The notes beneath the pieces are model-generated. The model ran no database searches. It was not told the origin of the DNA and saw nothing but the letters and a program-made list of their open reading frames with translations. DNA of 64,000 nucleotides. It comes from Escherichia phage T4_ev151. The DNA lies in the sequence record LR597660; one strand, 5' to 3'. Below, piece by piece: positions 1 to 7,634 of this stretch; position 1 is the first letter of the stretch, and every line of letters begins with the position of its first letter. The position numbers and the translations under genes are program-made.

Positions 1-279
1 TCCTCTTTTGATATAGTATTTTTTCTCATCATATTCCATCCACAGTTCAACTAAAAGTTCTTTCTTATTTGTGCTGTTTATTAATTGACCTTTCTTTACA
101 TCACGAAATGGCTTGCCAAAAAGCCCAAATGTGATGGCTTCTAGCATAGTAGACTTACCACCGCCATTTCGTCCAGTAATAAGAGTTTTTTGAACCTTAT
201 CTAATTGAATGTCAATCCCATTTTGACCAACTGACATTATATTTTTATATTTTACTCTATTAAGTTTAAAATTCTTCAC
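1..279 (-). CDS. 46: Recombination exonuclease subunit gp46 (SbcC/Rad50-like), N-terminal fragment; gene continues past window start
   Basis: Minus-strand translation from 279 gives VKNFKLNRVKYKNIMSVGQNG...TGRNGGGKS (Walker A); start is GTG at 279-277 overlapping upstream stop, or ATG at 237. Confidence 0.85.
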   Translation of the reverse strand, partial: MKNFKLNRVKYKNIMSVGQNGIDIQLDKVQKTLITGRNGGGKSTMLEAITFGLFGKPFRDVKKGQLINSTNKKELLVELWMEYDEKKYYIKRG

Positions 280-491
280 AAAAGATTCCTTTTAATGTAT
301 CTTTTAGACCATTCTATCATATCATCATAATCTAAAAAGTATTCATCAAATTCAGCCATGCAAACAACGCCTTGTGCTGTTTTTGATGTAATATAAATTA
401 TTCCAACATATCTAGAATCTTCTTCGGTATAATCAATGTTTGCTATGAATTCATCATTAATGTCAAATGTCGAAAACTTCACAGTATGCAT
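276..491 (-). CDS. Hypothetical small protein (46.1-like position); start uncertain (track gives 539)
   Basis: ORF ending in TGA at 278-276; ATG at 491 or GTG at 482 avoids most overlap with upstream ORF. Confidence 0.4.
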   Translation of the reverse strand: MHTVKFSTFDINDEFIANIDYTEEDSRYVGIIYITSKTAQGVVCMAEFDEYFLDYDDMIEWSKRYIKRNLL

Positions 492-726
492 CCTTAATAC
501 AAGATACGGCCATATCTCGTAATGATTTAGGTGTGTCATTATCTAAAATGTTGAAGTTAAAGGATACAGCCCAGTCAGTGCAGACCGTAACCTTTTTAAT
601 ACAATTATCTTCAACCTCTAGCGGTTCAAACCAATATTCAATAATTTCTTTATGCCCAATATCATCTTTTACTTCGCATTCAAAATGCTGACTCATCATA
701 ACATTTTTAAATTCATCAAAAGTCAT
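463..726 (-). CDS. Hypothetical protein (46.2-like position)
   Basis: 87-aa ORF, ATG at 726 with AGAGG SD, ATGA overlap with gene 47 stop. Confidence 0.5.
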   Translation of the reverse strand: MTFDEFKNVMMSQHFECEVKDDIGHKEIIEYWFEPLEVEDNCIKKVTVCTDWAVSFNFNILDNDTPKSLRDMAVSCIKDAYCEVFDI

Positions 727-1742
727 TGTGTTGCCTCTACATATAGCTGATTTGCATATTGAATAAGTGCTTCACGGTCAGAATCGGTGATGTCTGGAAT
801 TGCATTAATGTATTCTTCCATCAACGTCTGAAGAGATTGAACTTCAACCTCTTCGCTGTCATCTGACTCGACAGAGTTATCAATCTTTGACACAACTCGT
901 AATGAATGCACAACTTTCTCTAGTTCAGATTCGAACTTCGTCAGATTTTTGTCTACTTCAGTTACTATAACACGTACTGATAGATTTGTAAAATCTTTAT
1001 AGTCAATTTTTCCTTTAAATGGATAATGAATTCTACGATGCCAGGTAGTATTATTTGGAATAAATTCCATTCGTTCTGTTTCTGTATCAAACATCCAGAA
1101 CCCACGAGGGTCATTCTCGTCACCTGCTGTTAGTGTCCATGGTGTCCCAATATATCTGACGTTAGCAGCCTCAGAAATAGTATGGAAGTGACCAGACCAC
1201 ACTTCTTTATAAGTCTTAAGGAAATCAGGTTCAAGACCATGAGATTTCATTCCTTTATAAAAATAAAATCCATTCAGTTCCCAGTGACCAACACAAAAAG
1301 AAGCAGATGAAGTTTTGATATGCTCAAGAATTTCACCAGTATTTTCTTCACACATCCAAGGAATTAAATCAATTAAACATCCTTCAAAATCTACTGTAGT
1401 AGGCTTATCATATACTTTAACATTAGGATATTTAGCCAAAAGCTCAGTAGAGGCATTTGGATGCATTACATTTTTATAGTGGAGATCGTGATTTCCTACA
1501 ATAGTATGTAATGTGATTCCAGCACCATCAAGCATTTGAACTATTTCACGGGCAAACTCCATAGTTTTATGCGTGATTGCTTTTCGCACATCAAAAATAT
1601 CACCATATTGAATCCATACAGTAATTCCATTTTTCTTAGAATATTCTATCGCTTGTTTAATTCCATCAATTTGAATACCGCGAATCCACTCATCATCAGC
1701 TTTAACGCCTAAATGCCAATCACCTAAATTTAAAATTTTCAT
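723..1742 (-). CDS. 47: Recombination endonuclease subunit gp47 (Mre11/SbcD-like)
   Basis: 339 aa; calcineurin-like phosphoesterase motifs GDWHLG, GDIFD, GNHD; T4 gene order. Confidence 0.95.
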   Translation of the reverse strand: MKILNLGDWHLGVKADDEWIRGIQIDGIKQAIEYSKKNGITVWIQYGDIFDVRKAITHKTMEFAREIVQMLDGAGITLHTIVGNHDLHYKNVMHPNASTELLAKYPNVKVYDKPTTVDFEGCLIDLIPWMCEENTGEILEHIKTSSASFCVGHWELNGFYFYKGMKSHGLEPDFLKTYKEVWSGHFHTISEAANVRYIGTPWTLTAGDENDPRGFWMFDTETERMEFIPNNTTWHRRIHYPFKGKIDYKDFTNLSVRVIVTEVDKNLTKFESELEKVVHSLRVVSKIDNSVESDDSEEVEVQSLQTLMEEYINAIPDITDSDREALIQYANQLYVEATQ

Positions 1743-1879
1743 ATATCAAGAACCGTCATTGAAATGCAAAATAAAATTATTGAAATAAACCCATCTGGTG
1801 TGCTAAAGAAACCAATCCAGCATGCTCTAGTGAATAGATAAAATGCAAGAAAAAGTATCACATATCCAAGAAATATCAT
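1739..1879 (-). CDS. Small hydrophobic protein (47.1 position), not in ORF track
   Basis: 46 codons MIFLGYVILFLAFYLFTRACWIGFFSTPDGFISIILFCISMTVLDI; GGAG SD 9 nt upstream; stop overlaps gene 47 ATG (ATGA). Confidence 0.45.
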   Translation of the reverse strand: MIFLGYVILFLAFYLFTRACWIGFFSTPDGFISIILFCISMTVLDI

Positions 1880-1902
1880 TATATCAAACTCCGTATAAAG
1901 CT

Positions 1903-1920
1903 AAAGGGCCGAAGCCCTTT
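1903..1920 (-). terminator. GGGC-UUCG-GCCC tetraloop hairpin just downstream of a-gt stop
   Basis: Inverted repeat aaagggc/gcccttt with CGAA/UUCG loop; U-rich flank is interrupted. Confidence 0.4.
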
Positions 1921-3121
1921 ATTTTGTAATAATGTCAAACTGTTCTTTAAAGCAGAAGCTTGAATCTTGATGCTGATACAAAAATTCATATGCTTTTTCT
2001 CGCTCACGGTCATAAAGAGCTCGGTCAGATGACAGTTCTTTAATACGTTCAAATGTTGATTCCATATCATTTTCATCAAACCAAATGATACCGCTATCAT
2101 GCGAGGTCAAAGGAGTATTATCAACACGGAATTTTAAATTTTCGCCAGTAGATTTCCAAAATACCGGAATTGTTCCACATGCACCAAGCTCGAGATGAGT
2201 ATATTCTAAAGAGCGCTGTAGATATTTTTTATCCAACTTACTCAGCTGATAACCAAATCCGGATTTACTCATGCGTTCAAGCATTTCGCTATTTACATAA
2301 CGGTCAAGAATTTGCGTTGGCAAATTAGGAGCAATTTTAATTTGGTCTACTTGATGAAGACGATAATACTCATATGGAATTCCTTTTTCTTTAATAGGAA
2401 TGAACGCTGGAGAACGTTCCAGACCTTCCATAATAGTACTTAGTCCTGCAGGTTTAAGATGTTTTTCGTGAAAATCAAACATCTGATAAAAACCTTTCCA
2501 TGTAGTCGTACGACCAATCCAACGGTTGATATTCATGTTAATTTCAGAAACATCTTTCCAGTAGGTTGATCGAACCTTCGCAATATCCATAGGAGGCTGA
2601 AAGTTATATACGGTCGGTGCTTCTTCAATATCATCAAACAGAGAAACAGTTTCCGGATACCATTCTTTCATCAGAACTTTATTAAAATCACCATTATCAG
2701 AATGGCTAAAAATAACATCAGCTCGACGAACAGTTTCTTCTAATCCCAAATTTCGACGCAAAGAAAGAGAAGAATGGTCATGTTGATAAACTACAACACG
2801 AACCGAAGGTTTAATGTTATCAATAATTTTTTTATAGTTATTAATAGTGTCTTCTTCAACCGAAGTAGCAGGAACTGAATTGATAATTAGAATATCACAA
2901 TCATTTACCAGCTTAAGTGTTTTATCATATTCTTTTGCCAATAAAACCGGAATTGAAAATGATTTATAATCATGCGCGCAATTACGAGTAAATGATTTAT
3001 CTTTAGCATAAACCAAAGTTACTTCATGACCATTCTTAATAAACCAATCACGTTGCTCAAGAGAAAATTTAGTTACACCACAACCTTCAAGACCTCGAGC
3101 CATAAAAATACATACTTTCAT
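1919..3121 (-). CDS. a-gt: DNA alpha-glucosyltransferase
   Basis: 400 aa, near-identical to recalled T4 AGT (MxxCIFMARGLEGCGVTKFSLEQRDWFIKNGHEVTLVYAKDKSF...). Confidence 0.95.
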   Translation of the reverse strand: MKVCIFMARGLEGCGVTKFSLEQRDWFIKNGHEVTLVYAKDKSFTRNCAHDYKSFSIPVLLAKEYDKTLKLVNDCDILIINSVPATSVEEDTINNYKKIIDNIKPSVRVVVYQHDHSSLSLRRNLGLEETVRRADVIFSHSDNGDFNKVLMKEWYPETVSLFDDIEEAPTVYNFQPPMDIAKVRSTYWKDVSEINMNINRWIGRTTTWKGFYQMFDFHEKHLKPAGLSTIMEGLERSPAFIPIKEKGIPYEYYRLHQVDQIKIAPNLPTQILDRYVNSEMLERMSKSGFGYQLSKLDKKYLQRSLEYTHLELGACGTIPVFWKSTGENLKFRVDNTPLTSHDSGIIWFDENDMESTFERIKELSSDRALYDREREKAYEFLYQHQDSSFCFKEQFDIITK

Positions 3122-3144
3122 TTAATATCCTCTTTGTTTTGGTT

Positions 3145-3169
3145 TATTTTACCAAAAATTTATAAAGCA
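3145..3169 (-). promoter_or_regulatory. Putative MotA-dependent middle promoter for a-gt
   Basis: Minus-strand TGCTTTA (MotA box) followed 11 nt later by TAAAAT, about 25 nt upstream of a-gt ATG. Confidence 0.35.
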
Positions 3170-3172
3170 ATA

Positions 3173-3190
3173 TAGGAGCCGAAGCTCCTA
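3173..3190 (-). terminator. UUCG-tetraloop hairpin (terminator-like)
   Basis: taggagc-cgaa-gctccta, 7-bp stem; contains the stop codon of the small ORF upstream. Confidence 0.35.
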
Positions 3191-3301
3191 TCCACATAAT
3201 ACGCCATACAGAGGCTCGTTAGAACTTTTAAATTTTATGCGCTTATATTTTATAGTTCCTTCTGCTTTAGCTTTATCATGAGACGCTTTAAAGAGTCTCA
3301 T
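3188..3301 (-). CDS. Small ORF (about 37 aa), not in ORF track
   Basis: ATG preceded by GAGGAA; MRLFKASHDKAKAEGTIKYKRIKFKSSNEPLYGVLCG; low confidence. Confidence 0.3.
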   Translation of the reverse strand: MRLFKASHDKAKAEGTIKYKRIKFKSSNEPLYGVLCG

Positions 3302-3364
3302 CATTTCCTCTTTAGAGGAACGAATTTTATTATAATCTATTTCAGAAGTCTGGGTGTTCATCTT

Positions 3365-3568
3365 TCACAGTTGCCACCATTTTTTGACTTGATAAGAATC
3401 AACCCACACTTTCATATTAGGGTCTGCTCTTACAATAGGAGGATTAACTTCTTTAATTGAACTATCATGGTATTCTTTTTCAGAAATTTTCACACAAAGA
3501 TGACCATTCAAAGATTCAGTAAATCCTGCATTAATTTTAAGACGCTTGAATTTTACGTGTGTAAGCAT
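3365..3568 (-). CDS. Hypothetical protein
   Basis: Track ORF trimmed to ATG at 3568 (track start 3571 is TTG); GAGGA SD. Confidence 0.5.
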   Translation of the reverse strand: MLTHVKFKRLKINAGFTESLNGHLCVKISEKEYHDSSIKEVNPPIVRADPNMKVWVDSYQVKKWWQL

Positions 3569-3854
3569 CAATCATATCCTCAATTTGCGATCTAGTAGTC
3601 TTCCAAAGAATACTGATGAGTTCATCGTTATATGGCTGTTTTAGAATATCCCGACTTTTCTTGATAGCATATTCGTATTGAGCAAAATTATTGTTTTCAG
3701 CTGCAATCTGAGCGTGCTTATAAAGACGATTCAGTTCGCGTTTGTTTTTAGACAATAACTTATTTGCTTTTCTTTCTGCTTCAAGACGGTTCTTTTCTTC
3801 AATAGAAGAAATAAGCTTTTCCACTTCATCATTAATTTCGGGTTTATCAGTCAT
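3537..3854 (-). CDS. Hypothetical coiled-coil protein
   Basis: 105-aa ORF, ATG start, charged helical composition. Confidence 0.55.
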   Translation of the reverse strand: MTDKPEINDEVEKLISSIEEKNRLEAERKANKLLSKNKRELNRLYKHAQIAAENNNFAQYEYAIKKSRDILKQPYNDELISILWKTTRSQIEDMIDAYTRKIQAS

Positions 3855-3855
3855 A

Positions 3856-4074
3856 TTATTTCTCTAATATAAAATAAAAATCATCATCTGTTAAATGATA
3901 CCGATAGTTTAATTCTACACCATTAGATTTAAAAGCGGTATCATACGGATTTTCTGGATCAATATCAATGTCAAGAGCTAAAACTTCCCTGAGATACATT
4001 TTAAGTAAATAGGGAATAGCTTCAACTTCAGGTATTTCTTCCAAGAATCCGGAGAGGTTAATCGTTAGCCTCAT
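3856..4074 (-). CDS. Hypothetical protein
   Basis: 72-aa ORF, ATG start, 17-nt overlap with gene 55 3' end. Confidence 0.5.
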
Positions 4075-4615
4075 ATAAAAAATCCAAACTAGGAGAATCG
4101 TCTACAACACTTTTCTTTTCAGCCCCCGGTGTTCTATAGGTTGATTCTTCGTAATGCGTCATTTTATCGTAGATGTCTTGAATAAAAGTTTCATCTACTA
4201 ACGCAACCATATCGTCGTCACGGCTGTCATAGACATTGTGAACGAAGTAACTATATTTCTTTGCAACTTCCTTACGTTCTTTTTTAATACGTTGGACGAA
4301 TGCATTAAAACAAGCTTGAGTTATATATGCATGTGGGTTTTTATATTTCGTTTCATCAAAATTATGAAGCCCCTTAATAGAAGCTTCTATACCATCTGCA
4401 ATCATTTCTTGTTTCCAAGACTGGGTGTATCCTGAAAAGTTGAAACGTTTAGATAAGCCTTCTGCAATAAGCATAATGGCTAATCCGATAGTATCATTCT
4501 GACGAACTACTTTATTTGGGTCTTTATTATTTGCTAATTCTGTTTTCCAATCAATAATAGCTTGTAAAAGCTCTTTATTGTTTACGTAATTATATTTAGG
4601 CTTAGTTTCTGACAT
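4058..4615 (-). CDS. 55: Late sigma factor gp55
   Basis: Begins [25 protein letters not shown] from ATG at 4615 (track start 4621 is GTG); 185 aa as T4 gp55; AGAGGTGA SD. Confidence 0.95.
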
Positions 4616-4693
4616 TTTCACCTCTTAGCTCAATTCATAGATCTATTATATCATAATATTTGAAGATCTATCTTAAAGCATAGAGGATATCAG

Positions 4694-4963
4694 TTATCTA
4701 AGTAAACAGTATGCTTGGAATACTTTTTCCATCATCTTTTTAAATTCATGAATATCTATATAATGACTAGTTAAATCAGCATGATATAAAAAGTCTAAAA
4801 ACTTTTCATGTGTATTAACATATTCACTTTCATTTAATTCAGAAACATGGCTTTCCCAATATCCAACACCAGTCTTATTTGGGAAAAATGAAATTTTCAT
4901 GTATTGGTCAACATAGAAAATGCCATAATTTTCAATAGTAATAGAAATATTAATAAATTTCAT
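4694..4963 (-). CDS. Hypothetical protein
   Basis: 89-aa ORF, ATG start, ATGA overlap with upstream gene. Confidence 0.5.
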   Translation of the reverse strand: MKFINISITIENYGIFYVDQYMKISFFPNKTGVGYWESHVSELNESEYVNTHEKFLDFLYHADLTSHYIDIHEFKKMMEKVFQAYCLLR

Positions 4964-5175
4964 ACATTCATCAACTTAGCCGCTTCAAGAGCTGCATCTA
5001 GTGAATCAAATTGGTCAACATATTCAATCAATTCGCCATAATTGGCATATAACCACCATTGGCTAAATTCATACTCAAGGATGAATCCGTTTCCTTCAAT
5101 TTGAGTTAAACCAATGCCATTTGTATTTACTTCATATCCAGCAAGACGTAAATCGTTAATAAGAGCTTCGTTCAT
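4960..5175 (-). CDS. Hypothetical protein
   Basis: 71-aa ORF, ATG start. Confidence 0.5.
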   Translation of the reverse strand: MNEALINDLRLAGYEVNTNGIGLTQIEGNGFILEYEFSQWWLYANYGELIEYVDQFDSLDAALEAAKLMNV

Positions 5176-5177
5176 AA

Positions 5178-5504
5178 TTATACCTTAGTAATTTTCAGGT
5201 CTGCAAATTTTTTCTTACGTTGATTTTTCATGCGACGAATAGTTTTATCGGAAATTTCATGCTTTTGATAAGCTTTAGATTCTACACCAAAAGCTTTAAC
5301 ATCAAATTCTGACAAGATATATTGAACCAGCAATTCACGGATAGTATTGCGTCCAATCTTCTGATCATTCTGTTTCATCGTCTGATGAAGCTCTTTTTCC
5401 CATTTATCCAAAATTTGAGGAGTTACAATATCGCCTTTTTCTAGCAAAGAAACTACTTTATCATATGCGTAAGAATTAATGACGTTTTTAATTTGAATAG
5501 TCAT
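5178..5504 (-). CDS. Hypothetical protein
   Basis: 108-aa ORF, ATG start with GAGGATAATG upstream. Confidence 0.55.
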   Translation of the reverse strand: MTIQIKNVINSYAYDKVVSLLEKGDIVTPQILDKWEKELHQTMKQNDQKIGRNTIRELLVQYILSEFDVKAFGVESKAYQKHEISDKTIRRMKNQRKKKFADLKITKV

Positions 5505-5539
5505 ACATTATCCTCAATTACGTTAAAATTTTATTATCC

Positions 5540-5556
5540 AAAAAGGGCCGAAGCCC
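5540..5556 (-). terminator. Rho-independent terminator (UUCG hairpin plus U5)
   Basis: Minus RNA reads GGGC-UUCG-GCCC-UUUUU right after the stop at 5557. Confidence 0.6.
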
Positions 5557-5757
5557 TTAGCTAAACTTTTTGGCACCCTTCCAGCCTTCATACATCATTG
5601 CGACTGATATTAATATTGCTCCTGAGCAACTTGAATATTTGTGGTTCCAAAACCAGTTTAGAAAAACTTCGTCATCAATACCTTGGGCTATCATATTTTC
5701 AAAGAACTGACGACGAGCTTCGGCAATTCGCTGCGATAATTTAGATTCAGGATTCAT
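5557..5757 (-). CDS. Hypothetical protein
   Basis: 66-aa ORF, ATG start. Confidence 0.5.
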   Translation of the reverse strand: MNPESKLSQRIAEARRQFFENMIAQGIDDEVFLNWFWNHKYSSCSGAILISVAMMYEGWKGAKKFS

Positions 5758-5889
5758 TTAAATTTCCCAATTACCATTTTCATCAATAAATTTAATCCAG
5801 TCATTTACTGACCACTTAGTTGTATCGCCTTTTGGAGTAGCATTTAAAGTATATAGCCCTTGCTTAAAAAGCATTCGTTTGATATTCAT
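5758..5889 (-). CDS. Hypothetical small protein (start trimmed from track 5973)
   Basis: ATG at 5889 with GAGGAAAAT SD; removes overlap with upstream ORF. Confidence 0.4.
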   Translation of the reverse strand: MNIKRMLFKQGLYTLNATPKGDTTKWSVNDWIKFIDENGNWEI

Positions 5890-5896
5890 ATTTTCC

Positions 5897-6190
5897 TCAG
5901 CTGTAACGATAACACTCGTTTGATTTGCGTTTAGCAACTCGTTGAGAAATATTATAATCAAAATCATCGTCAATGTAAACTGATTTTTTCAACTTTCTTA
6001 CTTCACCACGTAATTGGTGGTTCAATTCATTCTTAACCTCTGAATCAACACCTCGCATACGTCGCCATTTATCTGAGCGAAAAATGTTTTCAACCATATC
6101 TTTATGACTTACACCGTCTGGAGCTTTACGCTTTCCGAAATAGTCATAATCACGCACTTTTAAGTCTTTACGACGATACGTTTTACCCAT
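5897..6190 (-). CDS. Hypothetical basic protein
   Basis: Track ORF trimmed to ATG 6190 (MGKTYRRKDLKVRDY...); Arg/Lys-rich. Confidence 0.45.
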   Translation of the reverse strand: MGKTYRRKDLKVRDYDYFGKRKAPDGVSHKDMVENIFRSDKWRRMRGVDSEVKNELNHQLRGEVRKLKKSVYIDDDFDYNISQRVAKRKSNECYRYS

Positions 6191-6246
6191 GGAGTTTAAT
6201 TTCCTTAGCAACTGAACTAAATGTAGCACGATCGCAAATCATGCGT

Positions 6247-6366
6247 TTATGTAACTTGAGTAATAATATAGCAAACTTCAAAACTATTTACATGAGTAAC
6301 ACGAACAGCATTACCATTAATAAAATAATATTGTCCCTTTTTAATTTCTTTATCAACCACAACCAT
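6247..6366 (-). CDS. Small ORF (39 aa), not in ORF track
   Basis: ATG with GAGGAA SD; MVVVDKEIKKGQYYFINGNAVRVTHVNSFEVCYIITQVT; just downstream of an early promoter. Confidence 0.35.
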   Translation of the reverse strand: MVVVDKEIKKGQYYFINGNAVRVTHVNSFEVCYIITQVT

Positions 6367-6406
6367 ATTAATTCCTCAAAGGCAATTCATATGTTAATAA
6401 TACCAC

Positions 6407-6436
6407 AGTTTGAACTTGTTGTAAACAACTTTGTGA
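6407..6436 (-). promoter_or_regulatory. T4-type early promoter
   Basis: Minus strand GTTTACA, 18-nt spacer, TGGTATTAT extended -10. Confidence 0.5.
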
Positions 6437-6500
6437 AAAATATTTTAGGGAATGATAAGAAAGGAACGATAGCTTAGAATGGTAATATACAGAATGTGAG

Positions 6501-6521
6501 AAAGAAAGGCCCAGAGGGCCC
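6501..6521 (-). terminator. Rho-independent terminator after nrdH
   Basis: Minus RNA GGGCC-UCU-GGGCC hairpin followed by UUUCUUU. Confidence 0.55.
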
Positions 6522-6524
6522 GTC

Positions 6525-6833
6525 TTAATCTTCTATGATATCTCTATCATATCCAAGTGAAATGAGAGTTTCTTTGAAGTGTTTAATGTTCTTTTGTCTA
6601 GAATCATTAATGAAAATGACTGGATAACGAATGTTAAGAGATGTGAATCCAGCGCGTTTAGCAAGAGATACAATCAGCGGACGATCATACTCAATCTTAC
6701 CATTATTTGTAAGAACTTTATAGAAAGTAAAAGGAGCATTAAGCTCCTTTAGAAGTTTTGTAACTGATTGACATCCAGGACAACGACCTACTTCATCTGG
6801 AATTCCATAGACTTCAATCTTATTTTGTTTCAC
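6525..6833 (-). CDS. nrdH: Glutaredoxin-like protein NrdH
   Basis: 102 aa with CPGC redox motif; T4 synteny next to nrdG/nrdD; apparent GTG start with AAGGAA SD. Confidence 0.85.
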   Translation of the reverse strand: MKQNKIEVYGIPDEVGRCPGCQSVTKLLKELNAPFTFYKVLTNNGKIEYDRPLIVSLAKRAGFTSLNIRYPVIFINDSRQKNIKHFKETLISLGYDRDIIED

Positions 6834-6835
6834 AA

Positions 6836-7048
6836 CTATTCCTTACTAAGAGCAGCATTCAGCTTGTTAGTAATTTTATCCAGACGCTCATTGAACTCAC
6901 TGGAAGATAAGCCCTTTTCTGGAGAAATTAAACTAATCACGAAAAATATAGCAATAAAAGGAATAAGGAAAATAGCTCCAACTGCCATAAACAGAAAGAA
7001 TGTTACAGTTGTAAGAAAATCAGCCAAACCTTTACGAAATTTATACAT
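6836..7048 (-). CDS. Small membrane protein (one TM helix)
   Basis: 70-aa ORF, ATG start, hydrophobic core FLFMAVGAIFLIPFIAIFFVISLI. Confidence 0.55.
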   Translation of the reverse strand: MYKFRKGLADFLTTVTFFLFMAVGAIFLIPFIAIFFVISLISPEKGLSSSEFNERLDKITNKLNAALSKE

Positions 7049-7163
7049 ATTTTACCCTTAATTGATTAACCAAGCATTGATAAGCACTAAACTATACTGC
7101 GAATAAAATTCTGGACCAAAATGAAAAATCATATCATTTATAGTATCCATAATGTAATTCAAT

Positions 7164-7634
7164 TTAATCATGTTTCCACACCCCATCGGTATTTGACCAA
7201 AGTCGCTGATTATCTGATCCTCGCCACAGCTTTTTAGTCGGAAGATTTTTCTCATACTTCCCATCAATAATAACATCAACATATTTAAGCATTTCTAGTT
7301 GTTTAATATCTTCAAACTTATATCCTGTCCACAACCAAATGCTTTTATTGGGATAAAGATTTTTTACTGTTTGAACAATGCAATGAATAACATCTCGATT
7401 GTCAGGATAGAGAGGGTCTCCTCCAGTTATAGTCAATCCTTCTATATAATCATTATTCAAACATTCAATTAATTGCTCTAGTGTTTCGCCAGTGAATGGA
7501 ATACCATTTCTAGCATTCCATGTTGATTTATTATAACACCCTTCACATTTATGCAAACAACCTGTAACGAAAAGAACGACCCTGCAACCAGGGCCATTCA
7601 CAAAATCGCAAGGATAAAATCTATCATAATTCAT
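7164..7634 (-). CDS. nrdG: Anaerobic ribonucleotide reductase activating protein (radical SAM)
   Basis: 156 aa; CxxxCxxC cluster motif GCLHKCEGCYNK; ATGA coupling to nrdD. Confidence 0.9.
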   Translation of the reverse strand: MNYDRFYPCDFVNGPGCRVVLFVTGCLHKCEGCYNKSTWNARNGIPFTGETLEQLIECLNNDYIEGLTITGGDPLYPDNRDVIHCIVQTVKNLYPNKSIWLWTGYKFEDIKQLEMLKYVDVIIDGKYEKNLPTKKLWRGSDNQRLWSNTDGVWKHD

